A stretch of 64,000 nt of DNA. Source: Pocillopora damicornis. Its lineage: Eukaryota. The DNA is taken from assembly GCF_003704095.1 (NCBI RefSeq), contig NW_020844410.1, positions 62,001 through 126,000 on the forward strand, read 5' to 3'. Shown one piece after another: positions 14,101 to 25,000 of this stretch. The translations under genes were made by a program, and so were the position numbers. Under the pieces are notes generated by a model that worked only from the letters and a program-made list of their open reading frames with translations, was not told the DNA's origin and did no database searches. Position 1 is the first letter of the stretch. Each line of letters opens with the position of its first letter.

Positions 14101-16098
14101 TCAAGGAACAACGTCGCCCAGACAGACGCGATGAGAGCTAAGCCCACTGTCCAATCATTGTCAAAGAAATGTGTGACGTAGGCATAGAGGCAGGTGGACG
14201 AAGCTAGATCCCAGTAGCTACACTGCCTGTCGCACAATGGGCACATATACCATTTGTTTTGGTTTCCCTTATCGCAGACATCTTTGACTGGAATGTGAGA
14301 GCCCGCGGAGACAATTCCATACAGAAACACAACAAGACCAACGATGGCGAGAGGTACTAACATTGCCGTGTAAAATCCAAGCCAAGAAAAGTACAGGGCG
14401 ATTTCACTGCCAAAGTAATCCTTGATTGCTCCATACGGCTGGAATTTATAAAACCTTCCAAATCTGGCCCAGTCTCGATGCAATCGCTGTCGATCATTTG
14501 AAGGCTCCTCATCGGATTCAAGAGCAACGGGACCATCATGAAGTGGGTATCCTGCCACATATGCACCTTCATAAATCATTCTTCTGAGCCCAACACCATG
14601 TCGACCTTCTGCAAAGCGAGCATTGAAGCAAATTTGCTGCACAATGTATATGCGGTCAATGTTGTCGAAGAACTCCGCCTTGTTGTGGTGATTGACAAAC
14701 TTTGTAACTTCAGCTTCCTTGAAGTTAGCCATGAAGAAGCTGCTTTTTTCTTCCAAAGTAGAATCCTGCACAATCAAGGGATTTCTCCGACGCAGTGACT
14801 GCATTCTTTCGCTTCCGATTGTCTTCTCCATCCATGATTTGAACACAATGTCGTTTTCTTGAAATGGAACTTTGAGACGCATCGCCTCCGCTTTTTTAGC
14901 CAATACGGGCCACGGAGCATGAATAAGGACAAAGTGTCGCTTGACTTCAGGATCCTGGTAGAAAAAACATACATAAGATTTAATTTAAAGAAGTTTCGAT
15001 CAACAGATGCTACGTTCAGAAACGTAACAAAGCTCTTTTCAATAAATCGCTCGCTTTTAAACTAGTCTGTGGATAAAAGATTTTTGCCTGCCCTAAATCA
15101 ACCTAGGTCCAAGCGTATTTGATAGAAGTTAAATTTGTTCAATTTATTGGCTAACTCTATATTTAATTTTTGGACGATTTTAATAACACACGAACACATG
15201 TTTGTTTGAACGCTTACTGGTAGTATTCAGTATATAAATTTTAAAAAGGTGGGCGAGATTTATCTCAATAAGGCAATAATTGAGAGTCATATGATATTTG
15301 AAGATGATGGCAGTTGTATATTGTTACGTAATTAACTGCTCAGTTTTCCATAACTCGTGATCGTGCCCCTTCAATGAAGATGGAAGGAAACTTTCAACAA
15401 GTAGCAAGAGTTTTTTTAACTTTCCTAACTTCCTTTTGATAAAATTGAGTAATTTTAGCATTTCGTGAAGCACATTTTACGCCCTTATTAGCCTCTACCC
15501 TTATAGGTTTCGAGTCTGGCATTAACTGAACTTGCTCCGAAGGGTTTATGGGAAAGACAATGAAATATTAGCATTAGATCAATGATATTATTGTGTGAAG
15601 CTTGACAATATTGATCATTACGATAAAGCGTGCAGTTATGTTTTTTTTCTCAAGGTGATTTCAAGCAACACATATCATTGAAAAGCATCAAGCTTTTCCA
15701 TTCATTATCTGCGTGTTCAAGAAAAGCAAAAAGGAGAATTAGCAATTAATGATGAATTACAGAGCTCGGCAAACTATGAGAACAACAACCAGCGAGGGTA
15801 GCCCCACCTGTGCAGAGACGATCTCATCGTATTCTATGTTAAGCCCTTCTTTCCTTAAGCAATCTTCAAAAGCTTTCCGTTGATATTGCTTACTGTCATT
15901 TGAATTAGCTTGCTCCTTTTGATTTGTTTCATAAACTAACACGTAGTCGATGCGCTTTGCTGGCTGTGCATCGTCGCTGAAATATACTCCTTTCGGCAAT
16001 CTTCGATCTGATTCCTCCCTTAATTCTAGCTGTGTATTGTCATTTTTATCCTCTTCATCTTGGCTTAATCTGAAATAGCCATTTAATCCATTTTTCAT
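11122..16098 (-). CDS. ANO: Anoctamin/TMEM16 paralog A2, 5 exons, ~879 aa
   Basis: Exons 16098-15808, 14954-13423, 13100-12979, 12598-12178, 11395-11122 (2640 nt, phase-consistent). Same intron positions as A1. Motifs [57 protein letters not shown]. Confidence 0.93.
11826..11958. repeat. Long imperfect hairpin (probable transposon end) in the last intron of paralog A2
   Basis: Arms 11847-11871 and 11913-11937 are 23/25 complementary. Confidence 0.6.
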
Positions 16099-18139
16099 CT
16101 TGGGTTCCCTGTATTTCGGTAAGCTCTTCAGTAAAGCGTCAGTTTGGCTTAGAGAATAAATGGGCGTGATAAACTTATGCTTCTCGGCTCATTGCTTTCA
16201 TCGTAAGGTAAGATTTTGTATAAGAAATCAGGCACGGGTGCTTTGTTTCCTTAAAAAGATTTCGCATCATTGAACACATTGTAATGAGCTAAGCTATATC
16301 ACTCACGCGTGAAAAGTTGAGTTGTGAACTTTCTAGGGTTTTTGAAATTTCAAAGACAGTTGTTTTGAACATGTCAGTTCTCGCGATCGAGGTGCGTCGA
16401 TGACGTTTCTCCCGCAGAATGTACGCAGTTATACCTACTCAAAGTTCTCTGCTGTTCTACTACGGCCTATGCAGAGTACGTAGTACGCCTAACAAGTGAA
16501 TTTTTATTTTCAAACTCAAAATATACCAACTTTTGCCCTAGCTACGTTTAACAGCAATCAGGAGCATAATGTTTTCATAATGTTTTAAAGAAAGGTGCTG
16601 TTCTAACAAGCGGACTCTGCATGCTGCACACTGACCTATCATTTCGTCACTGTGCTTACAACTAAAGCAAGAAAACTACAGCGAATAGTAATAACTCACT
16701 GGGAAAGTTAAATAGTACTTTTGTGTGGCAGTAAGTCGTTTTCGCAATTTCTGCTGTAGCAACTGACTTTCTGATGCATGATAATACATGAATAGCTCGG
16801 AGAAGAAAGAATCGACAAACGTTACTGAATACTAAACAAGAATATGCGAAGAGCTGTGCTCTGGGTTTTTAAGTTTTGTTCAAGCCTTTACCGAAGATTC
16901 TATTTGCTGGATGCTGGTATTTTTCATGAGCTCTCTAAATAAGCATGCATGTCCTGGGAGAAAATGCTCTAAATATGTTTAAATTAAAATATAAGGTTGA
17001 TTCAAATCGAGGAGAAGAGTGAAAGTCGTTGTCTATAGTGACCAAAACTTTACTTCAAGAATGTCAAATTATGGCTAGTAGCTTCTCAAAGGTATATCAT
17101 TCAATTTTAGAAGATACGTAAATTTTCAAATTACTAAGTAATTGTTACAAGATGGAAATAGAATTGCTTTAGTCCTTTTAATTTTCAGTTTCAGTATTAA
17201 TGGCGATTGAATCCGGGAAGGTAAAATACTCTTCATTTACATTTCCTGTTTACATCCAGCGGTGAATGCTAATTTAGCTAGGGTCGTGTATTCCCTGAAG
17301 GATTTTCCACTATGAAGGACAAACAGAAAATAAACCCCTAAGAAAATGAAGTCCTCAATAGGAAGCACGTACCCCAGTTTGCGAAAATCGATCGCAATGA
17401 TTTTCCGAACGCTTTCATCGCTCAGTCTTTTAGATAACAGATCAAGTTGGATGCTTTTGAAAGTCAAATGATTTTATCTTTGTCTTTCTTTGTAAACAGC
17501 AATCGACGGTAAAATATTCCGATTTGTTCTGAATTCAATTTTTTTCACTGCTAAAGGCAAAACATTAAGAACAACCCTCGTCAAATTTTAGATGAAATAT
17601 TCAGAAAAAGCTCGAAAGAATTCTAGCTATTATTAAAATTACACGCTCGATTTAGCAATCAAAGTAGCGGAATATTTATCTTCCCGCAGAATATTCGTGA
17701 ATTCTCGACGAAGAGATTGTTTATCCACAAATCTAGAGTTAATGTATTGCCAAGCGTGTTACCAAGCACAACCAAAGTTGATTTTCAAGAATTTCATTCA
17801 AGAGGGCTGATTCTGTTATAAAATTATGTTTTGCTGCTTGATTAAACTCACTCCAACCCTTACGTGTGAAGAATGACACTGAGTTGACCGATGGAATTCT
17901 GAAATAACCTCAGAAATCTAGTGGATTCAACGCTTTTCTTTAACTTTCCCGTACGGAATAAGAGATAACACTCCATATTTTGCAAACAAATTAAATAAAT
18001 AAAGGCACTCATTCGAAAAACTTCTTTGCAAAGAGTTTGAAAGTACTTATGTAATAGAGCGGTAGTCAGACTAACTACACTGAGTTTGTTTTGGCTACGC
18101 TTCAAATGTACGCAATGAATCTACTAGGTCATGACTAAC

Positions 18140-18436
18140 CTGAGATGATATACACTCTGACCGTTCTAGGATTAACCCAGCGTTTGCAAGACTTTCTTCA
18201 TATGCCCTCCTCATTTCCTCACGTTTATTGGCTTCTTCCTTGGCTTCTTCATCGTTATTTTCTTTCTCCTCGCAACGCTCGTATACAAGGACGTAGTCGA
18301 TTTTCTTTCTCGATCCTGCGTCGTCCAAATACAATCCCTTCGTCTCTGTCTGTTTGGAGTGGAAAGATGGCTCCACCATATTAAGAAGAATGTCACCATC
18401 TTCGGTGGTTTTCGTGTAGGCGACAGGTTTCGCCAT
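18140..18436 (-). CDS. ANO: Extra anoctamin first coding exon with no gene body of its own; probable alternative first exon of paralog A2
   Basis: ATG at 18436, 99 open codons MAKPVAYTKT...[21 protein letters not shown]...YEESLANAGLILE...SSQ, phase-0 donor CAG|GTTAGT at 18140/18139. I find no anoctamin body exons between 16098 and 18140. Confidence 0.8.
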
Positions 18437-19626
18437 GAGAGCTCGATTTGTGGCGTAACTCTTCAGTGGCGTTGACAGAAGCGACGAGTTCGCTGAACTT
18501 TGCAATGGGTGTGACAGAGGGCGAACATATTTGCATAAAATACAAATTAGATGTAATTGCCTTACAAATATAATGTATCGCACGTGTTGTTAAAACTCCA
18601 GGTGCTTTATATCTCTTGAATGAATACTGTCATTTTTCGGCGAAAAATCGAAAAAAATAAAGGAGAAAAACTAGAGAGCACATTTCTAACAGATATTGTA
18701 GCGCGCAACGAAATGATGGATGTATGTCAAAATATTATGCTCCTTTTTCATCCACCTGCCTCTTGAATTATTCATGTATATTTTTTCTTTCATTTGCACA
18801 AAAACACTATCGGTTCTAGACTTTTCAGCGAAACGCTGCGAAGCAGGTTTCGCGCTTAAGCGCGCGCGTTAGAGTGCGCATTGGATATGGGATGGAATCA
18901 GAACGCGAGAGAAGCGATATTCAGAGTTAGAAATTCAGTAATCAAATTCAGCGCGGGCCTTATTTCAATCTATTCCGAAGGGACTTTGAAACATGCCCTC
19001 CCCTGTCTGTGAAAAACCTTTTAAATATATTTCGAGCACAACCTACCATAACCTTTAAGCTGATCTCATGTACATCACATTTTCAAGGAAACAGTTTACT
19101 GACACTTATCTTGTAGGAATACAGGACACTCGATAAATTTTCCATTTCAGAATAGCACATTTTCTTTTATCTTCGAGCAACAGGGAAAGTACGCAATAGC
19201 TTCAAGATCATTAGTAGTTTAATACCAGTCACATCGAGTTTCATACCAAATACATCGAGCTCCTTTTGCTTTCAGCTTAAAACTACCTCAGTTTAGCTGG
19301 CGGAAACTGTCGGGAGAATTGAGGCGAGGGATAATCATAGATCTTCATTAGTTTTTTTTATACTTATTGATGCAAAATAAGCTTGATATTTGAATTTTGT
19401 ACGTGTGATGCTTTTTGTAAAACTTAAGCAGCTTTTGATTAATACAAAATAAACTTAAACTGAAGACCTATCCTCGAGATTTTTCTTGCCTTATGGTATC
19501 ATTTAAATGATCGCATCTCAGGTCCTACTTTTGTGGTTCCTCGAGCAGCGGAGATGATTCTAGATTTATTACCTTTCTGGCTCGTTCATTTTTCAGAATG
19601 AGGCGGCAACACAATCTTAACAATTC

Positions 19627-19829
19627 TTGAACCCTCTATACTTTATTATACTTTCCCCATACCGTTTTCCATACATTTGCTACGATGCTGATAAGGAGAA
19701 TCTGTTTAACGATCAAGAGCTTCGTTAGTTGTGAGCACTTCCTTTATTCTCATGACCTTAATGTTCGATTGAGGGATGATGTTGTAAGGAGAAATTAGAT
19801 GCAGTCATCCTTGGGAGTCAAAGGGTTAA
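19627..19829. mobile_element. ~200-bp TTAA-ended (piggyBac-like) MITE
   Basis: Ends TTGAACCCT...AGGGTTAA; internally similar to the copy at 42303-42515 (…gctgataaggagaatctgtttaac…tgtaaggagaaattagatgc…). Confidence 0.7.
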
Positions 19830-19862
19830 TTTACAGAAGAGTCAAACTATTGTCCCAAGCTT

Positions 19863-20729
19863 TTTATTTCATAGGTACTAGGATTTATCCACAAAAATCG
19901 TAGTAAATAAAATTCGTACTGATTCTAAATGTAGCCAATCAGGAGTACGAACGACAAAATTTCACCGTGAAAAATTATCGTTCGTCCAATCAGCAACGCG
20001 AACAACGAAATTTCACTAATGATGAATGAACGTACTGAAGAGAACGTCATGCGAGAGCCGTTGCACAAAACCCGCGCACTTTGAAAAATGGCCGAGGGAA
20101 GGTTCGCTTCTGTTTACTCAGTTGAAGAATTCATTTTAGAACACGAAAACAAAAATACCGCTCAAAAAACTGAAAGAGATGTAAGATTGCTTGAAAGATT
20201 TTTGAAAACGAAGGACGAAGACAGGAAAATTGAAGATATTCCAGCGGCTGAGTTGAATGAATTCATTAGCGAATTTATTATCTCCGTACGCACTAAAGTG
20301 CGAGTAAGAGTGCGTACTCCGTACGCACTCTTTACATGACACTAAGTAGTTTGTTGGCATGGCTTCCTTTATTATAATATTAATAGACATTGAACTTGAT
20401 TGATATCTGATGAACACAGGTAAGCTTAAGTGTTATGAACTTTATGCACTTTTATTAACTTGTTGTTGAGAAATTTTTAAACTACTTTTTACGCTTTTAT
20501 TTCATCGCCCCATTTGTGCTATTTGTCTACCAAAGACAACACGAAAAAATCTCAGCACCTATGAAATAAACACATTACAGCATGGAAAATGCTTTGTACG
20601 ATTTTCATTCACTCGTTGATACGTATCAGAAATCTCACTCGTTCGCTGCGCTCACTCGTTCGTTTTCTGATACTACACAACTCGTGAATAAAAATCGTAC
20701 GCGCGCATTTTCCATGAAGTAATCTCTAT
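19863..20729 (+). mobile_element. Internally deleted Crypton-like (DUF3504 / tyrosine-recombinase) non-autonomous element
   Basis: ORF 20088-20339 (ENKNTAQKTERDVRLLERFL...RKIEDIPAAELNEFISEFIISVRTK) resembles the N-terminal part of Crypton/DUF3504 (KCTD1/ZMYM/QRICH1-type) proteins, then breaks off. Exact 14-bp inverted repeats at 19863-19876 and 20557-20570. Terminal ~135-bp imperfect palindrome at 20581-20716. Confidence 0.7.
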
Positions 20730-20762
20730 GTACCAAGAATGTTTGTATCAACCAGTTAGACC

Positions 20763-21050
20763 CTTAGACTTGTCTCCAAATTGGTCATCAAACAAAGTTT
20801 CAGCCAGTCAAGCGTTGTTGCAGTTAATTACAGTTTTAATCTGTTAATAACAGCATACACAGCGACAACAACAAACACTACTACTACTACTACAACCTCT
20901 GCTAAACAGATCGATTCTTAAACTAGCCTCCAAATTGGTCATTAAAAAAAGTTCCAGCCACTCAGATGTTGTTGCAGTCAATTGCTGTTTTACTTTGACA
21001 AAAACAGCAGGAACAACAACAAACACTACAACTACTTCTACCGCCACTAC
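20763..21050. repeat. Degenerate ~155-bp tandem duplication ending in (ACA)n/(CTA)n microsatellites
   Basis: ctccaaattggtcat...cagcca...gttgttgcagt...acaacaacaaacactac occurs twice (~20763 and ~20918). Confidence 0.7.
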
Positions 21051-22022
21051 TGTTCCAAAGTCCTAAGGGCCAGTGTGACACAAACAATTGTAAGTATGCA
21101 CCAAATGGAATACGTTCAATGTAGTAGAAAAGGTGAGTTTTCCAAAATTTTTCATTTACGTCACCACTTTTGAGAGAGGTTAATTAAAATAACAGTTATT
21201 GTTGGATATATTTATTTTGATCATGCACACCCTCGCCGCCCGTCAACTGATGTAAATTCTCTTGCCACATCAAACCAGAAGTTTACATTATTTTCTGAGT
21301 TAAAAAGACAGCGAAAACCATGTAAGTTTGCACGATAACGTAACATTTTGATGAACAAAGACTAGTCTGGAAACAACTAATCCTCTAAGTAACACTCTAA
21401 TGCGAAAAAAAACTTTACATACAAAACCGTTCGAACACTTTGATCAGGAGAACGAGTTAATCTAGTTACATTATATACTGAAGAATGGCATTAGAAAATC
21501 TTGGATAATTTCTCTTGGGTTAGTTTTTCCACGTTTGTTAAATGAAGAGTCCAGTCGCCAGTTTCAATTGCTCACGATCAGTTGCTGCAAATATAGAAAG
21601 AAAACTGATCAGCGCCTTACGAAATTTGGTGATTTTAACCAAGCCTCGTACCACGATCAGACAATGACATAGAATGGATATTCAGAATTTAATTCGTATG
21701 GACAAACATCACGGTTTTATCCTAACTTATTTGTTGAGTCATCTTTTAAGGTGAAAAAATAGCATTACGAAGTTAGACCCCGCAAAAACGGGAAATAAAC
21801 AACACCACGCAGAAGAAATGTTTAGTTACTGTCATTTGAATGGGCACATATCAATGTTGCATATAAAGAATTTTACTTGAGTACACATTGAACAATATAA
21901 AAAACGTTGCCAAACAACAGCAGCGCCCAGCAGCTTTCACAAGGATTTCCTCTACAGATACAAATTTCCCACATAATAGCTCTGTTCGTCACAATGCTTT
22001 AGAAACTCATCTACCAACCTCA

Positions 22023-25000
22023 CTAAGCAACTGCTTCAGTGTTTACATCGACCTCTTCGGTCTCTTTTTCTCGAAGGGCTTCCTTGGCCAGGAATTCTTC
22101 CCGTTTGATTTTCAGCGCCAGCAACTTTGGCTGATCAGGAACCAACCAGGCCAAAAACTTTCTGATTGAATAAACGATGTATTGGAACACAAATACAAAC
22201 GCCAGCTTCGCAGCAATCACATGCCAGTGCTGTTTAGTGTAGGCATAAGGATATGCACGCTCGTTATAACCGGGATACCTGCATTATCATCAAAGGGGGA
22301 AAAGTTAAATCGAACAATTTTTACTTTGCTAAAAAGAAAAAACATTCTAACGTCATAAAAAATATATCTATTAACAAAACGACTAGGACATTTTCTGAAA
22401 ATGTTCTTCCATGCAACTCATTCAAGCCGGTACTTTTTAACGCCTCACGTACAGTTAAGCTATCCGCGACTTATTCAGCTCCACGTATCCACCTCCCAAG
22501 TAAAAGACACAACCAATGGCGTCATTTTCGATTAGGTGTCGAAAGTGATCAGAGATTGCTCTGGTTCTACTTTACTTTTCTCTGTGATTGGTCCGGAAAA
22601 CTCGCACCACTTTCCCAACCAATCAGATGCAATCCTAAAACCAATAAAAGCTTAGTGACGCGCGTTTTCCCGCGCTTTAAGCAGTTTGCTTGTTTTTACT
22701 TCGAGTCCTAATTGGTTCTTACTAAAACTTATTTTTTCTTCCTTCTTATCAGCTTTTTTCTCGTAAAAGCGCTCTAATACACTCGAAACTATCATCACTC
22801 ATTGTAAAGCTGCATGTTGACTTACCTACAGTAGTCGCTGGTATAATTCAGCACTTGATATGCGTATTTATATCCTGGCTCTCCACTCAAATTGTACTTT
22901 TTGTAGTCAGATATATTGAAGTACGCCAAACGACTTTCCACGAAACCCGCCAAAGTTCCGTCGCTGTAGGAGTACATGTACACGAGCCTCGGTATGAAGT
23001 CTGACGTAAACGCTATGACAAACGCATTCACCAAAACTGACACATTTGCTAAACCTTCCATAATTGGGTACCAGGCTCCGATATCTTGAGCGCGTGTGGC
23101 GATGGGTCGGCGGAATTGACAGACATAGTTGACAGCGTCTACGCGCACTTCTACAGCACTGTTAAGCAAAGCAAACAGTGGTGCAAGAGGAAAGGCAGCT
23201 ACAAACATCGTCACGAATCCGAATTGTAACACTGAAAAAATAAAGATAAGGGCCGGTGGGAATACGGCGAAATGTAATCACTCGCTGTAATGAAACTACT
23301 ACGTACAAATTAATGCAAAAAAAAAAAAAAAATCAGTACTGCTTGGGTGATATTCCTGACACCGTATCTTTTTAAAATAAAAGAAATACACTCAGCCTCT
23401 AACATGTAGTACATTTCCTTCCCACCAAAGTTGCACCCTCTCTTTCTGGACAAAAAAAAGGAACAAAAACGCTTTTTCTCTATTGTTTAAGCTGCCAAAT
23501 CAACGCTCCGCCAAATACTTTCTGCTCATAAAAATAGATTACACTTGAAGTAAATACACGGCCAATGAGTACACTCTTTGCATAAAAACCCGCAGTACAA
23601 TCATTTACTCAAAGTCTTAATTTATAGGAACTGTAAGCCCCCCCTATTTGAACAATTTAGTCGTATGTTGAAAAATAATCAACCTTATCTCTCACTATTC
23701 CAATGCAATATAACGAGAAGAGAGTATTACCAACTTCCAAGTATTCCCAAAACAAACTGTGTTCTGGTAACGGGCTCAGTTTGTAATCTTCTTCCCACTG
23801 AGGGATGTCATCGGTTTCTTTCCTTGCTTGCCGCAGTTTCCACCATTTCATCAAGCCACTAAAGAAAAGTTAAAATATTTGAAGCTATATAAAGGTTGGT
23901 TTGTCTGAGGTAATCGTGATTTAGCTATTTCTTCCTTTCGTGACGTGCACATCATTACCCCACCCCACCCCTCTAGTTACAAAGGAGTTCAAGAATTCTG
24001 CGGTATACTCACGGGATGGCAGTTTCCGTAATGTTTCCAATAATCTGTTGCCCGACCATGATGATCGCCAGCTGTATACACAAGTCGAGGAGGCAACCTG
24101 CAGCGCCACACCCATCTAAGCGTCCACTACCTCCCAGTCGCCGGTAGTTGCCCGGTGTGCCAACTACAAGGTTCAACTTAAAGAAAGCGATGTAGAAGAT
24201 CGAGGAATAAGTGTTCACGAACTGGAATAGGAACATCTTGTAGGTGAAGCTGTCTTTGTAGTCAGTCGCTGTTCGCGGATTCTCCCAATTGGTGAGCCAT
24301 ATTGCCAGTTTCTCGTAGAAGAATTTCAACAAATTGATGAAAACCTAAATCGAATGAAAAAAATCGTAATGATGACTTGAACTAAAGAATGTCGATTCCT
24401 GTGGCTAATCATTCACAAACTTTTCATATCAGTATTGCTCTCCTTTGAAAACTCTGGTTTTGCATTGGGAAGTCATGACAAATGTTCGAGACAGCTGTAG
24501 GTTGCCCTTACTTCAGATATTTTTCCATAACTTGATAAAAGATTTGCTCAACTGACCGAAAAATAACTAAATGTGCGTGATCGCGTATTTTTTCTGCATT
24601 TCACCCAGTGGTTCCCTCTGAAATGACTACATCGCAATCCAGAATAATGAGAAGGAGGGGGGGGGGAAGAAAGAAGGTTAAGCTAAAGTTCAATAAGACT
24701 CACCAAATTAAGTAAGGCTGCTGTAACACTTGTAATAATCTTGGCATTTCTCCGCACATTGCTTTCTTCGCTGCGCACTAAAGCTGCAAACACCGAGGCC
24801 CTGTAGGCTACCACTCCGATGACCGCCGCTACTACCAGGAAAATCATGAACGAGATTGCGCTTCCAACTCCAGCAAACCTTTGGTATTTCGTCATGTTTG
24901 GGACATGAGGTACAACCTTTCCGGTGACAGGATCTTCCCGCCAAGTTGGGGCAGTGGCCACAAACTCTGGACGGAACTGTTCCTCGACGTCTTCAAAATG

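Noticed and set aside
16098-18140. Distal exon splicing into the proximal exon to give a doubled N-terminus
   Set aside because: The only in-frame AG just before the ATG at 16098 has no polypyrimidine tract. Alternative first exons explain the layout better.
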